64,000 nucleotides of DNA from Vulcanimicrobiota bacterium (GCA_963745145.1 CAVUWE010000002.1:1009780-1073779); one strand, 5' to 3'; shown: positions 36,270 to 47,229, counted from the first letter of the stretch. The notes: generated by a model not told the origin, from the letters alone. Numbers and translations are program-made.

Positions 36270-37271
36270 ATGAAGGCCGTTCGGCTGCACGAGCTGGGCG
36301 GCCCCGACAAGCTGCGCATCGACGAGATCGCCATTCCCACAATCCGGGAGGGCGAGGTGCTCGTGCGCGTCCGCGCCGCCGCGCTCAATCGCCGCGATCT
36401 CTTCATCACGCAGGGCCTCTACCCCAAGCTGCAGCTGCCCACGACCCTAGGCTCCGACGGCGCCGGCGAGATCGCGAGCGCCGGGGCGGTGTTCGGCGAT
36501 CTCGCCGTGGGCGATGAGGTGGTGATCGATCCGATGCTCGCGTGGGGCGACGACCCACGCGTCTGGGATGCGACAGGCTCGTCGATTCTAGGGATGCCGC
36601 GCGAGGGCACGTTGGCGCAGTACGTCGCCGTGCCGGCCGAAAACGTGTATCGAAAGCCGGCGGCGCTCTCGATGGAAGAGGCGGCGGCCATTCCGCTCGC
36701 CGGGCTCACCGCATACCGGGCGGTTTTCACGCGCGGCGCGCTGCGGCCCGGCGAAACGGTGCTGATCACCGGCATCGGCGGGGGCGTTGCGACGTTCGCG
36801 CTACTCTTTGCCAAGGGCGCGGGCGCGCGTGCAATCGTCACCTCGAGCAGCGACGACAAGTTACGCATGGCCGCAGCTCTCGGCGCCGACGTCACCATCA
36901 ATTACTCGAGCACGCCGGGCTGGCCGAGGACGCTGCGGGCGGACGAGACGATCGATCTCGTCGTCGACTCGTCGGGCGGCGAGACCCTGCGCAGCGCGAT
37001 CGACGTCGTTCGGCCCGGGGGCCGCATCGTCGTCTACGGCGGAACGAACGGCGACGCGACGATCAAGATGTTTCCGCTCTTCTGGAAACACGTCTCGATC
37101 CTAGGCACCTCGATGGGCAGCCCGCAGGACTTCGCAGCGATGCTCCGGCTCTTCGACGGCGGCTTGCGGCCCGCCGTCGACCGCGTGTTCCCGCTGGAGG
37201 AGGCCGGCATCGCGTTCCGGCGGCTCGCGGAATCGAGCCAGTTCGGGAAAGTCGTTCTGCGCGTCGACTAA
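36270..37271 (+). CDS. zinc-type alcohol dehydrogenase/quinone oxidoreductase (MDR superfamily)
   Basis: Contains MKAVRLHELGGPDKL, GSDGAGEI and the ITGIGGGVATFA Rossmann motif. An alternative GTG start is at 36261. Confidence 0.85.
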   Translation: MKAVRLHELGGPDKLRIDEIAIPTIREGEVLVRVRAAALNRRDLFITQGLYPKLQLPTTLGSDGAGEIASAGAVFGDLAVGDEVVIDPMLAWGDDPRVWDATGSSILGMPREGTLAQYVAVPAENVYRKPAALSMEEAAAIPLAGLTAYRAVFTRGALRPGETVLITGIGGGVATFALLFAKGAGARAIVTSSSDDKLRMAAALGADVTINYSSTPGWPRTLRADETIDLVVDSSGGETLRSAIDVVRPGGRIVVYGGTNGDATIKMFPLFWKHVSILGTSMGSPQDFAAMLRLFDGGLRPAVDRVFPLEEAGIAFRRLAESSQFGKVVLRVD

Positions 37272-37897
37272 GCGCCGGCGGCTTTCTCGCGTTTGCCGTA
37301 GCACGAACCGTCGGGCGGCGGCTGGTTACGGTAGATGGGTCCGGCGTGTGCGACCGGCATCCCGTCGTGCGGCCAAAGAACGACCGGTACTTGCTGAGTG
37401 GGTGTGAGGTTTCGTTCGCATTGGACGACCGCGTGCGGCTTCGATTCCGCATTGCCGCCGATCCACAGGTCGAACCACAGCTTGTAGCAGCCGTTGCTTC
37501 CGCTGCCGGTGGGCGGCCCCGACGGCGCGCACTCGTCTTCGCGAATGAAGTACTGTTTGAGAAACGGAACGTAGATCTTGATGCCATAAGGTATTTGCTT
37601 GTTGTTTTTGCGCTCGGTTGCAAACGTCGTGGGATTGCAATACGTGCCATCGCCTCCGGCATGCCGGTGGAGGATCGGCCGCGCGATCTTGTTTCCGGGC
37701 GGCGAGTTGTCGGGCCAGCCATAGAAGGTGATCGTCGCCTTCACGTTTGTCGGATCTATCTTGGTCACGTAACACGAAGGCTGCGCCGCGCCGCGAATCG
37801 GCGGAAGTGCGGGGCCGCCGGATTGGGAGCACGACGCGAACGCAATGACGCTAGGGAGGAGCAGCAGCAACCGCGCGCGTTCGTTGAGGAGTTTCAT
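37268..37897 (-). CDS. lipoprotein, hypothetical (possible DPBB/barwin-like fold)
   Basis: Lipobox AFASC. Contains ITFYGWPDNSPPG, AGGDGTYCNPTTFA and LWFDLWIGG. GC is locally lower than in the neighbouring genes. Confidence 0.55.
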   Translation of the reverse strand: MKLLNERARLLLLLPSVIAFASCSQSGGPALPPIRGAAQPSCYVTKIDPTNVKATITFYGWPDNSPPGNKIARPILHRHAGGDGTYCNPTTFATERKNNKQIPYGIKIYVPFLKQYFIREDECAPSGPPTGSGSNGCYKLWFDLWIGGNAESKPHAVVQCERNLTPTQQVPVVLWPHDGMPVAHAGPIYRNQPPPDGSCYGKREKAAGA

Positions 37898-38067
37898 GCG
37901 CCGGAACCTTCATCGCCCGGCGGCGGAGTCCGCCATGGAAGTCGCCGGCAGCCGGTCGAAGCGGCCCGGCGCTCTACGTCGCAAACGTCTACGCTGACGG
38001 TGTTTCGGCCTATGCGGGGAAAGGGACGCATGTGATTCGGCGATTTCGCAACGGCGTCAAGGTTTCC

Positions 38068-39006
38068 TTATGCGCTGGCCGTCGGCAATTGAGCCACGAC
38101 CTCATACGAGAACAGCACCTCTAGCCGCAGCTCGGTTCCGAGCTCCGCAATAACCACCGCGGCCTCCTGCGGGCTCAAAACCTTCTCGATCGTGGGATTG
38201 AGCATCGCGGTCTCATCGGCGGACATCGCGCGGTGGACGCGCCGCGAGACGACGCTGCCTTCGCTTTCGAGCGCGATCAAGTGCGCCAATATCTGCCGCG
38301 CCATCGCCGGCCAGAGCACCGCGTACCGCGCCGAGTAAATGCGCTGGACCAAGTCGGGAATCGTCATCGGCCGTTCGCGCAGCGCGTCGAGTATCTGCGC
38401 CTCGCGCATCTGCCGGTGAGCGATGTATTCGTCGATCTTTGCTTGCGGGTCGGTGACGACGACGGGGCCGTGGCCGCCGTAGATCACTCGCGCGCCGCCG
38501 AACTCGTCGGCGAGCCGCCGCAGGGTGCGCTGATACGGGCGCATCGCGCCGCCCGGCGGCGCGACGAGCGACGTGCCTTCCCCGAGGATCACGTCGCCGG
38601 TGAACAGCGCGCACTCTTGCGGCAGGTAGAAGACAACGTGGTCGAACGAGTGCCCAGGCGCATCGATCGTTCGAAGCGAGACGTTGCCGACGCGCAGTTC
38701 GCCTTCGAGCGGCAGGTCGGCGTCGCGCGCGACCCGGCCGTTGGGATGTGCGTAGAGCGTCGCCCCCGTCGCGCGGGCGAGCGCCGAGGCCGCAGACGAA
38801 TGATCGGGATGACCGTGAGTGAGCGCGATCGCGCGAATCGTCAACTCGCGCCGCGACGCCGCATCGACCAGAGCTCGAACGTGCTCCTCGATCGCTGGAC
38901 CTGGATCGATCGCGAGCGCATCCCCGTTGCCGCAGTCGATCAGGTATGAATTCGTGCCCTGCAGCGTCATCGCCGACGGGTTGGGCGCACGAACCAGCGT
39001 TACCAT
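38068..39006 (-). CDS. MBL-fold metallo-hydrolase
   Basis: Contains LTHGHPDH (HxHxDH) and GHGP. 312 aa with a C-terminal winged-helix-like tail. Confidence 0.85.
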   Translation of the reverse strand: MVTLVRAPNPSAMTLQGTNSYLIDCGNGDALAIDPGPAIEEHVRALVDAASRRELTIRAIALTHGHPDHSSAASALARATGATLYAHPNGRVARDADLPLEGELRVGNVSLRTIDAPGHSFDHVVFYLPQECALFTGDVILGEGTSLVAPPGGAMRPYQRTLRRLADEFGGARVIYGGHGPVVVTDPQAKIDEYIAHRQMREAQILDALRERPMTIPDLVQRIYSARYAVLWPAMARQILAHLIALESEGSVVSRRVHRAMSADETAMLNPTIEKVLSPQEAAVVIAELGTELRLEVLFSYEVVAQLPTASA

Positions 39007-39800
39007 GCGTCCTCGAGCGCCGCCGGTATGGCGAAATCGGCGCCGGCATCGTTCGGAACGATCGTGAGAACCGCTTTGCGGCGAGCGAACGCGCGCGCCG
39101 CGTCGACCGAGTCGAATCCCGCGAGACGCTCGAGGTGCTTGATCGTCGGATACACCAAGTGCAACGATCCCGAGCGGTGGCGCGCGAGCGCTTCTCGCGG
39201 CGCGATCCAGAGTCCGTCGTGCGTTTCGACCGTGTCGGCAAGCGCCGCTTGACCGGGCGGCGCGACCGCGAAGAAGAAGTGAGTGTTATAACGGCGCGGT
39301 TCGCTGCGCGGCGTGATCCAATGCGAAAAGAGCGTCAGCGCGCGTGCGTCGGCGTACCAATCGTGCGCTTCCAAGAACTCCGCGAACCCTAGCGTCGAGT
39401 CGCGGATTTCGAGACGCTCGGCGGCGACGCGTTCCGAGCCGGCGACGGCCGGGTCGATCGGCCGATCGGCCGTGGTACGCGCCAGCAGCACGCCGGCCTC
39501 TTCGAAGAGTTCGCGCAACGCGGCGACGAGCAGAACGCGGGCCGCCCCAAGATCCACCGCTGGTTCGTCGCACGCCAGCTCGGCCGCGATCGCGGCGCGA
39601 AACTCGCCGTCCACGCGAACCGCTTCCAGGCCGAGCGTGCGGGCCTGCGCTCGTGGTGACGCGTCTTGCGGTTCGATCGTTCCGCCCGGAAAGACGAACG
39701 CGTCCGGCGCGAACGCGCTGTGCGCGCTTCGCCGCGTTAAGTACACTTCGAGCGGGGGTCGCGCGAGGATGACCGTTGCCGCCAACCGGACCGTGCTCAT
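39000..39800 (-). CDS. NUDIX hydrolase
   Basis: Nudix box FPGGTIEP...ALRELFEEAGVLL. ATG at 39800. 7-nt overlap with the MBL gene. Confidence 0.75.
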   Translation of the reverse strand: MSTVRLAATVILARPPLEVYLTRRSAHSAFAPDAFVFPGGTIEPQDASPRAQARTLGLEAVRVDGEFRAAIAAELACDEPAVDLGAARVLLVAALRELFEEAGVLLARTTADRPIDPAVAGSERVAAERLEIRDSTLGFAEFLEAHDWYADARALTLFSHWITPRSEPRRYNTHFFFAVAPPGQAALADTVETHDGLWIAPREALARHRSGSLHLVYPTIKHLERLAGFDSVDAARAFARRKAVLTIVPNDAGADFAIPAALEDAW

Positions 39801-40057
39801 GGGACGGCTAGTCTGTGGCGCACCCGCGGCGAATACCTTTGCGTTAGCTTCCGCGCGACGGCCGGCCCGACGCAGGACCCGACGTACCGCGCGATGATCG
39901 CCGACGTGAATAGCAGAGGGGCCGCGCACTCGCGCAGCCCCCGATCAATCTGCCGTTCACCGGAGCGTAGAACTAACGCTACGCGTCCGGCCCTCTCTCC
40001 GGGCGGTTTCGGCGACCGTTCGTGCCGTCCTCACCAGAGAGGCCGATTCTACCAAAA

Positions 40058-40462
40058 TCAGATGCCTCGACTCAATACATTCGGAAGAAATAACCAGCTA
40101 CAGAGGGCCAGGAGCGCCCAGTTGACGGCGTGGGACGTCCAGCAGTACGGGCATGCCCGGCGCGTCACGAAGAGCAGCGAATAGCCGAGTGCGACCGATG
40201 TGGCGGCCGCGAACAGGGCGGCGGCGAGGAGCACGATCGCTGCAATCCATCCGAGGTCGAACCAGACGGCGACCGCGATCGCGGGGTAATAGAACGCGCC
40301 AAGCAGGGAGTTAGGGACGCCGAAGAGGTGCTCCCTCGGCGTTTTCACCACGCTGGGACCCTCGATTTGCCCCAGTGCGGCGCGCCGGCTCTTGTTCAGC
40401 ATGAAAAGCGAGGCGTAGAGCCCAACACCGCACAACAGTGTGATGATCACCCTGATTACCAT
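40058..40462 (-). CDS. VKOR (vitamin K epoxide reductase)-family membrane protein
   Basis: 4 TM, with FGVPNSLLGAFYY and the CPYC redox motif in the last helix. ATG at 40462. Confidence 0.65.
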   Translation of the reverse strand: MVIRVIITLLCGVGLYASLFMLNKSRRAALGQIEGPSVVKTPREHLFGVPNSLLGAFYYPAIAVAVWFDLGWIAAIVLLAAALFAAATSVALGYSLLFVTRRACPYCWTSHAVNWALLALCSWLFLPNVLSRGI

Positions 40463-40465
40463 CGC

Positions 40466-41116
40466 TTGAACCCTCTCCTTCGCAAGATTGCGGCCCTCGC
40501 GCTGCTCGCCGCCTCGTTCGCGCTCGCGTACTTGGTGATCCGCGATCAGCCGCGCATCGCGCACGAGATTCGAACCATCGGCCCGTTGGCCTATCCGCTC
40601 GCGGTCGCCATCTTCGTCGTCGTCGCGTCGGCGCCGTTCTCGGTCACCGATGCTCTGGCCATCATGAACGGGGCTATCTTCGGGCCGGTGAAAGGCACTC
40701 TCGTTGACGTGTTCGGCCTCGTCGGGGCCGCGCTGCTCGGGTATTGGATCAGCTCGCACGCATCGAATCTGTTCCGGCTTCAGGAGTATTTGCATCGCCT
40801 GCCGCCGTGGGTCAAGCGCTTTCCGGTCGGTTCTCCGGCGTTCTTGCTGGCCGTTCGCGTCATCCCCGGATTCGGCGGAACGGTTGCTACTGCGACCGCG
40901 GCCGCCTTTCGCGTGCCGGTCTGGGTCCACGTCTGGACGATGTGTGCCATCGCGATCCCGATCTGCGCGCTGCTAACGATCTTCGGCGATCGCGTCACCA
41001 TCGCCGTGCACGGTTACGAATCACGCGCCCGCCACTATGCCCGCTACTATTGCCAAACGCATCGTTGCCCGCACTTTCACTTTCGACGGCAAGAGACGCC
41101 GCCGGCCACGCCGTGA
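40466..41116 (+). CDS. DedA/TVP38-TMEM64 (SNARE-associated) family membrane protein
   Basis: Polytopic, with the FGPVKGTLVDVFGLVGAALLGYW motif. Tentative TTG start at 40466. The stop overlaps the rnd start. Confidence 0.65.
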   Translation: MNPLLRKIAALALLAASFALAYLVIRDQPRIAHEIRTIGPLAYPLAVAIFVVVASAPFSVTDALAIMNGAIFGPVKGTLVDVFGLVGAALLGYWISSHASNLFRLQEYLHRLPPWVKRFPVGSPAFLLAVRVIPGFGGTVATATAAAFRVPVWVHVWTMCAIAIPICALLTIFGDRVTIAVHGYESRARHYARYYCQTHRCPHFHFRRQETPPATP

Positions 41117-42309
41117 CGACGCCGGCCATCGTCGACGATCGGGAAGGCCTAGAGCGCCTGTGCACGCAGGTCGCCGACGCCGATCGCGTCGGACTCGATA
41201 CGGAATTCCACGCCGAGCGCACGTACTCGCCGCGGCTGATGCTCGTCCAATTCGCTTTTGCCGACGGCGCCGCCATCGTCGATGCGTTGGCCCTGCCCGA
41301 CCTGCGGCCCCTGGCGCTGGCGCTCACCCGCACGACGGTCGTCGGGCACGCGCTCTCGGCCGACTTGAAGATCTTCGCGGATCGTTTCGATCTCGTGCCG
41401 CCGCGCGTTTTCGATACCCAGGTTGCCGCCGCGTTTCTCGGCTACGGCATGCAGGTGTCGCTGGCCGACTTAGTGCGCGGCGTGTGCGGGGTCCGGCTCA
41501 CGAAATCGCAGACGGTGAGTGATTGGTCCGCGCGGCCGCTCTCACAGCGACAGATCGAGTATCTCGTCGGCGACGTCGAGCATCTTCTGAACCTCCACGA
41601 CGCGTTACGCGCCGGCCTCGAGGAGCGAGGCCGGTACGAGTGGGTCTACGAAGAGTGCGCCGAGCTCGGCGACATCGAGCGCTATCGCATCGACGAGCGG
41701 CGAGCGTACCTGCGTATTCCCGGAGCCACGCGAATGAGCCGGCGCGAACTCGCCATCCTCAACGAGCTCGTTAAGCTGCGCGATCGAGTCGCGCGCGAAC
41801 GCGACTTACCGGTGCGGTACATCCTCCCCGACGACGTGGTCGCGGGGTTGGCGGTGGTCAAGCCGGCGCGCACCGAGGACCTCGCGCAGCTGCGGCGCCT
41901 CGACGGCGGGATGAAACGTCAGCTCGGTTCGGCGATCCTTCAAGCCGTCGCGCGCGGACAGGCGCTCGACGAAGCGGAGTTGCCGCAACGCCCGAACCGC
42001 CCGGCCGCACCGGCGCGGGACGGCCTCGTTTCGCTGCTCGGCGCCGCGGTTGCGGAAATCGCGCGGGACGCATCGCTGCCGCCGAGTCTGCTGGTGCCGC
42101 GATCCGCGCTCGAACGTCTCGCGCGCGACGTTCCGGCGGATCGGGCGAGCTTCGAGCGCGTGCTTGCGTTACAGCCATGGCGCCTTGCGCTCGTTGCGGA
42201 ACCCTTGTGGCGGCTGCTCTCCGGCGAGTCGGTGCTGAAGATCGAAGGCTACGCCCAGGGGGACCCCAAAGTACGACTGTGTGATGAGCCGACATCTCGA
42301 CAGCTTTAA
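41113..42309 (+). CDS. rnd: ribonuclease D
   Basis: DEDDy exonuclease motifs [19 protein letters not shown] and SDWSARPLS, plus an HRDC region. GTGA overlap with the upstream gene. Confidence 0.85.
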   Translation: MTTPAIVDDREGLERLCTQVADADRVGLDTEFHAERTYSPRLMLVQFAFADGAAIVDALALPDLRPLALALTRTTVVGHALSADLKIFADRFDLVPPRVFDTQVAAAFLGYGMQVSLADLVRGVCGVRLTKSQTVSDWSARPLSQRQIEYLVGDVEHLLNLHDALRAGLEERGRYEWVYEECAELGDIERYRIDERRAYLRIPGATRMSRRELAILNELVKLRDRVARERDLPVRYILPDDVVAGLAVVKPARTEDLAQLRRLDGGMKRQLGSAILQAVARGQALDEAELPQRPNRPAAPARDGLVSLLGAAVAEIARDASLPPSLLVPRSALERLARDVPADRASFERVLALQPWRLALVAEPLWRLLSGESVLKIEGYAQGDPKVRLCDEPTSRQL

Positions 42310-45019
42310 GGCCCTTGACACGCTGCGAGCCGGCGATCGTTCGTATCGTTACTTTCGTCTCGGAGCGCTCGAGCAATCCGGGATCGCGAACCTCGCGCGC
42401 TTACCGTACTCGCTCAAGATCCTGCTCGAAAACCTGTTGCGATTCGAAGACGGCGAATCGGTACGTCGCGAGGACATCGAAGCGCTCGCGCGCCGGAGGG
42501 CCGGGGAGCGCGAGGAGCGAGAGATCGCGTTTACCCCGGCGCGGGTCTTGCTGCAGGATTTCACGGGAGTGCCATGCGTCGTCGATCTCGCGGCGATGCG
42601 CGATGCGATGGCGGCGATGGGCGGCGATCCCGGCGCCATCAACCCACTGCAGCCGGTTGAGATGGTCATCGATCATTCGGTGCAGGCCGATTATTTTGGT
42701 TCGAGCGACTCGCTGGCAAAGAACACCGATCTAGAGTTCGAACGAAACCGCGAACGCTACGCCTTTCTTAAGTGGGGTCAGTCGGCGCTTGCGGGTCTTC
42801 GCGTGGTGCCCCCCGGAACCGGCATCGTGCATCAAGTCAACATCGAGTATCTCGCGCGCGTCGTATTTGGGGCGTCGGAATCATCGAACGAACCTGTCTT
42901 GGCGTATCCCGATACGGCGGTCGGCACCGATTCGCATACGACGATGGTCAACGGACTCGGCGTATTGGCGTGGGGCGTGGGGGGCATCGAAGCGGAAGCC
43001 GCGATGCTCGGCCAGCCCGTGACGATGCTCATCCCCGATGTCGTCGGCTTCCGTTTGGAGGGGGCGCTGCGCGAAGGCGTGACCGCGACGGACCTCGTGT
43101 TGACCGTCGCGGAGCTGCTGCGCGCGAAGGGCGTCGTCGGGAAGTTCGTCGAGTTTTACGGCTCGGGCCTCGCCGCGCTTCCCGTCGTCGATCGCACGAC
43201 GATCAGCAACATGTCGCCGGAGTTCGGTTCGACGGTCGCCATCTTTCCGATCGACGATCGCACGCTCGAGTATCTGCGCCTCACCGGCCGTTCGCGCGAG
43301 CAAGTCGAGCTCGTCGAGGCATATGCAAAGGCGCAGGGACTCTTTCGCAGCGACGCGACGCCCGATCCGGAGTTCGCCGATTCGCTGACGCTCGACCTCG
43401 CGACGGTCGAGCCGAGTCTGGCAGGACCGCGGCGCCCGCAGGACCGCGTCGCGCTGCACGAGGTCAAGCAGTCGTTCGAGAGCGCGCTGCACGATTGGGT
43501 CGCGGCCCGCGATCGCATAAACGGCGCAGTCGCGCGCTTCGAGGACGAGGGCGGCGGCGGCACGGCGACGATCGCGCAGACGATGGACTCGGTCGACGAC
43601 GGTTCGGTCGTAATCGCGGCGATTACCAGCTGCACGAACACGTCGAATCCCTCCGTGCTCATCGGCGCCGGGCTGCTCGCGCGCAACGCGGTCGAGCGAG
43701 GCCTTCGAACGAAGGCGTGGGTTAAGACATCGCTCGCACCCGGTTCCAAAGTCGTCACCGACTATCTCGCGAAGGCCGGGCTGCAAGAGTATCTCGATCG
43801 CCTCGGCTTCAACCTGGTCGGATACGGCTGCACGACGTGCATCGGGAACTCCGGTCCGCTGCCGAGCGACATCGCGGAAACGGTCGCCGATGCCGATCTG
43901 ATCGTCGCCGCCGTTCTCTCGGGCAATCGCAACTTCGAAGGCCGCATCCATCCGCAAGTTCGCGCCAACTATCTCGCGTCGCCGCCGCTCGTCGTCGCCT
44001 ATGCACTGGCCGGCCGCATTGACGTCGATCTGACCACCGAGCCGCTCGGCACGGGCAGCGACGGCAGACCCGTCTACCTGCGCGAGCTCTGGCCGAGCAA
44101 CGATGCGATCGCGGCCACGATGGCGGCGTGCATCAGCAAGGAGATGTTCGAGCGCGAGTACGCCGACGTGTTCAAGGGCGACGCGAACTGGAGCGAGCTG
44201 AACGTCGTCGCGAGCGAGCGTTATGCCTGGGATCCGGCCTCCGAGTACGTGAAGAGGCCGCCGTATTTCGACGGAATGCCGGAGCGGCCGGCGCCGGTGC
44301 GCGACGTGCTCGGGGCGCGCGCCATTGCGGTGCTGGGCGACTCCGTTACGACCGACCACATCTCGCCCGCAGGAAGCATCGCTCGTAACGGCCCCGCAGG
44401 GAAGTACTTGATGGAGCACGGCATCGAGCCGCGCGATTTCAATTCCTACGGCGCTCGGCGCGGCAATCACGAGGTGATGGTGCGCGGCACCTTCGCGAAC
44501 GTTCGGCTGCGCAACGCGCTCGTGCCCGGAATCGAGGGCGGATTCACACGCTACCTGCCGACGAACGAGGAGCTATCCATCTACGATGCTTCACGCAAAT
44601 ACCTGGCGGACGGCACGCCGCTGATCGTACTCGCGGGCAAGGAGTATGGCTCGGGCTCGTCGCGCGACTGGGCCGCGAAGGGCCCGGACCTTCTCGGGAT
44701 CGAGGCGGTGATCGCCGAATCGTTCGAGCGCATCCACCGGAGCAATCTGATCGGCATGGGCGTGCTGCCGCTGGAGTACGTCGACGGCGCAGACCGTTCG
44801 ACCTACGGACTCGAGGGTGAGGAAATTTACAACATCACCGGTCTTGCGTCTGGAGTCGAGCCGCGCATGCGCGCTCGCGTCAAGGCAACCGACCCGCGCA
44901 GCGGCCGCGCGATCGAGTTCGAGGTACGCGTCCGCATCGACACGCCGAACGAGGCCGAGTACTACCGCAACGGAGGCATCTTGCAGTACGTGCTCCGTCA
45001 GCTCCAGCGCAAGCGATAG
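42284..45019 (+). CDS. acnA: aconitate hydratase A
   Basis: About 911 aa with [14 protein letters not shown], the Fe-S cysteines [10 protein letters not shown] and [11 protein letters not shown], and a swivel domain. Confidence 0.95.
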   Translation: MSRHLDSFKALDTLRAGDRSYRYFRLGALEQSGIANLARLPYSLKILLENLLRFEDGESVRREDIEALARRRAGEREEREIAFTPARVLLQDFTGVPCVVDLAAMRDAMAAMGGDPGAINPLQPVEMVIDHSVQADYFGSSDSLAKNTDLEFERNRERYAFLKWGQSALAGLRVVPPGTGIVHQVNIEYLARVVFGASESSNEPVLAYPDTAVGTDSHTTMVNGLGVLAWGVGGIEAEAAMLGQPVTMLIPDVVGFRLEGALREGVTATDLVLTVAELLRAKGVVGKFVEFYGSGLAALPVVDRTTISNMSPEFGSTVAIFPIDDRTLEYLRLTGRSREQVELVEAYAKAQGLFRSDATPDPEFADSLTLDLATVEPSLAGPRRPQDRVALHEVKQSFESALHDWVAARDRINGAVARFEDEGGGGTATIAQTMDSVDDGSVVIAAITSCTNTSNPSVLIGAGLLARNAVERGLRTKAWVKTSLAPGSKVVTDYLAKAGLQEYLDRLGFNLVGYGCTTCIGNSGPLPSDIAETVADADLIVAAVLSGNRNFEGRIHPQVRANYLASPPLVVAYALAGRIDVDLTTEPLGTGSDGRPVYLRELWPSNDAIAATMAACISKEMFEREYADVFKGDANWSELNVVASERYAWDPASEYVKRPPYFDGMPERPAPVRDVLGARAIAVLGDSVTTDHISPAGSIARNGPAGKYLMEHGIEPRDFNSYGARRGNHEVMVRGTFANVRLRNALVPGIEGGFTRYLPTNEELSIYDASRKYLADGTPLIVLAGKEYGSGSSRDWAAKGPDLLGIEAVIAESFERIHRSNLIGMGVLPLEYVDGADRSTYGLEGEEIYNITGLASGVEPRMRARVKATDPRSGRAIEFEVRVRIDTPNEAEYYRNGGILQYVLRQLQRKR

Positions 45020-45034
45020 GGCCGGAGCGGAGCT

Positions 45035-46093
45035 ATGCAGCGAACCTCGATCGACGCGGTGGCCATGTGGTCGAGCTGGCAACCCGATCGCGGCGTCTAT
45101 TTCAACTCCTACTTCATTCGCGACGACGGCGGCAACTTGATCGTCGATCCGCTGCCGCTTGACGATGCCGACACAGCGGAGATCCTTGCGTGCGGCGGAG
45201 CCGCGTGGGTCGTCGTCACGAATCGCGATCACGAGCGCGCGGCGGACGCGACGGCGCGGCGCTTCGGCGCGAAGGTGGCCGCGAGCCGCCCCGATGCGGA
45301 CGAGATGTCGGTCCCGGTGGATCGCGTCGTCTCGGACGGCGATGAAATCGGACCCGCGACGGTGATCGCGCTCGACGGCCAGAAGACGTCCGGCGAGTTC
45401 GCACTGCACCTGCCGCAGCAGCAAACCGCGATTGTCGGCGACGCGCTGCGGGGCGAGCCGGCGGGATCGCTTCGGATGATGCCCGACGACGGGCTCATCG
45501 ACCCGATAGCAGCGGCCCGTTCGCTCTGCAGGCTGCGCGCCGAGCGCCCGCGTCATCTGCTCGTCGGCGACGGCACGCCGATCTTCGATCGCGCGTACGA
45601 GGCGATCACGGCGTGCCTGGAGGCGCGGCCCGGCGCCAACGTCAACGTCGCGAATCTCGACGAGCTGCCTTTTCGCCGATCGCACGGACCCGGAGAGTAT
45701 AGCGCAGACCTCGCCGAGATCGGATTCCGTTTGGGCGCGGAGAAACTCGGCTATCGGGCGACGCGACTTCAGCCGGGCGACGCGTTCTGCCCAACGCATT
45801 GGCACACAGGCGAGGAGGAGCTCTTCATCGTGTGGGATGGACGTCCGACGCTCGAGAGCCCGCGCGAACGCAAGCAGCTGCGGCCCGGCGATTTGGCCGC
45901 GTTTCCCACGCGCGAGTTCGGCGCGCACAAACTGGTCAACCGCAGCGACGCGCCGGCGACCATCATCCTCATCGCGAACACGAACCCGTACGACGTCTGC
46001 TTCTATCCAGACTCGAAGAAGCTGCTGGTTGAAGCGACCGACACGCTCGTTCGCGCCGAGCCGATCCTCGATTACTACGACGGCGAAGCGTAG
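45035..46093 (+). CDS. two-domain protein: MBL-like N-terminal domain with a degenerate metal motif, plus a C-terminal cupin
   Basis: N-terminal domain: VVVTNRDHERAAD in place of HxHxDH. C-terminal domain: HWHTGEEELFIVWDG...GAHKLVN cupin motifs. Confidence 0.6.
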   Translation: MQRTSIDAVAMWSSWQPDRGVYFNSYFIRDDGGNLIVDPLPLDDADTAEILACGGAAWVVVTNRDHERAADATARRFGAKVAASRPDADEMSVPVDRVVSDGDEIGPATVIALDGQKTSGEFALHLPQQQTAIVGDALRGEPAGSLRMMPDDGLIDPIAAARSLCRLRAERPRHLLVGDGTPIFDRAYEAITACLEARPGANVNVANLDELPFRRSHGPGEYSADLAEIGFRLGAEKLGYRATRLQPGDAFCPTHWHTGEEELFIVWDGRPTLESPRERKQLRPGDLAAFPTREFGAHKLVNRSDAPATIILIANTNPYDVCFYPDSKKLLVEATDTLVRAEPILDYYDGEA

Positions 46094-46106
46094 CTAGAGC
46101 GCGGCG

Positions 46107-47189
46107 TCAGATCGTAAGGCGGCCCATCTCGTCGGTGAAAAATTCGGTGAACCACATCCGATTGTCGGGTCCGGCGACGATGGCCGTGGGCCCGGACTGC
46201 GAGGCGAGGCCTTTCGAATACTCCGTGATGGCGCCTTGCATCGAGATGCGGCCTATTTTAGAGGCCTTGGAGTAATCTTCGCACTCCGTGAACCACATCG
46301 CGCCGTCGGGGCCGGCGGCTATGCCGTTGGGTTCCTCGGCCGGAGTGATGCCGGCGGCGTACTCCGTCACGCGCCCGCCGGTCGTGATACGCCCGATCCG
46401 GCCGCCTCCGGAGGCGCGCTCGGTGAACCAAAGGGCGCCGTCGGGACCCGCGGCGATCGACAGGGGTTCTGCCGTGATGCCCTTGGAGTACTCCGTGATC
46501 TTACCGTGCGTCGTGATGCGGCCGATGCCGGGTGCGTATGGCTCGGTGAACCACAACGCGCCGTCGGGGCCGGCGGTGATATAGAATACCTGCGGGCTCA
46601 GAGGGTACGACGTCACCTGGCCGTCGGTGGTGATGCGCTCGACCGCGTTAGCGCTCCCCAGCACCTCCGCCGTGAACCACAGGTTCTTGTCCGGCCCGAC
46701 TGCGATCCCGAACGGAGCGGAGCGCCCGACCGGGAAGTTCTTGAAGCGCCCCGTATCGGTCATGCGCACGATCTGCAGGTTGTAGGAGTCGGTGATCCAG
46801 AGCGCGCCGTCGGGGCCCTCTGTAATGTCGTTGAAGGATGCCCCCTCGCTGGTCGCGCCGGAATAGTAGTAGGTGTTTCTCCGCTTTCCGTACGTGCCGA
46901 TCGCGACGACGACGTTCTCTCCGAAATCTTGGTCTACGGTGTCGGTGACCCAGAGCTTTCCGCCGGGCCCGACCGTGACCGCAGACGGAGAGTAGTAATC
47001 GGCATACTGCGGAAGGTCGGTAAACTCTTGAATCCTAACGTGTTTGCGAAATGACGGCAGAGACGCCGGCCAGCCTCGCTCGGCCGTCGCGCCGAGCGGG
47101 AGTGCGGTACCGCCTCCGGGGCTGGAGCATCCCGGTGCAAGCGCGACAAGTGCGCCGAGAGCGATCGTGGCAAAGATGCGGTGTATCAT
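46107..47189 (-). CDS. Vgb/streptogramin-lyase-like seven-bladed beta-propeller lipoprotein (paralogue A)
   Basis: Lipobox LAPGC. Seven repeats of the type I(A/T)AGPDGALWFTE...IGRITT.G.(V/I)TEY. ATG 47189 is preceded by GAGGAG. Confidence 0.8.
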   Translation of the reverse strand: MIHRIFATIALGALVALAPGCSSPGGGTALPLGATAERGWPASLPSFRKHVRIQEFTDLPQYADYYSPSAVTVGPGGKLWVTDTVDQDFGENVVVAIGTYGKRRNTYYYSGATSEGASFNDITEGPDGALWITDSYNLQIVRMTDTGRFKNFPVGRSAPFGIAVGPDKNLWFTAEVLGSANAVERITTDGQVTSYPLSPQVFYITAGPDGALWFTEPYAPGIGRITTHGKITEYSKGITAEPLSIAAGPDGALWFTERASGGGRIGRITTGGRVTEYAAGITPAEEPNGIAAGPDGAMWFTECEDYSKASKIGRISMQGAITEYSKGLASQSGPTAIVAGPDNRMWFTEFFTDEMGRLTI

Positions 47190-47229
47190 GGTGACTCCTC
47201 ACGGAGACGATGGTTTTGGTAAACGCGCC

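Noticed and set aside
37930-38067. An open frame without a start codon that encodes ...GPALYVANVYADGVSAYAGKGTHVIRRFRNGVKV. It resembles the LYV..-type blade motif of the propeller lipoprotein at 30360-31334, so it could be a gene remnant.
   Set aside because: Only about one repeat unit is present, with no start and no stop-delimited gene, and the similarity is judged by eye only. That is insufficient to call a pseudogene.
39801-40057. A 257-bp non-coding gap with small hairpins (agcgtagaactaacgct, ccggccctctctccgg), considered as a possible small RNA, tRNA or SRP RNA locus.
   Set aside because: There is no tRNA T-loop or anticodon architecture, and no conserved 4.5S, 6S or tmRNA motifs. It is most simply the NUDIX/MBL operon promoter plus the VKOR 3' UTR.
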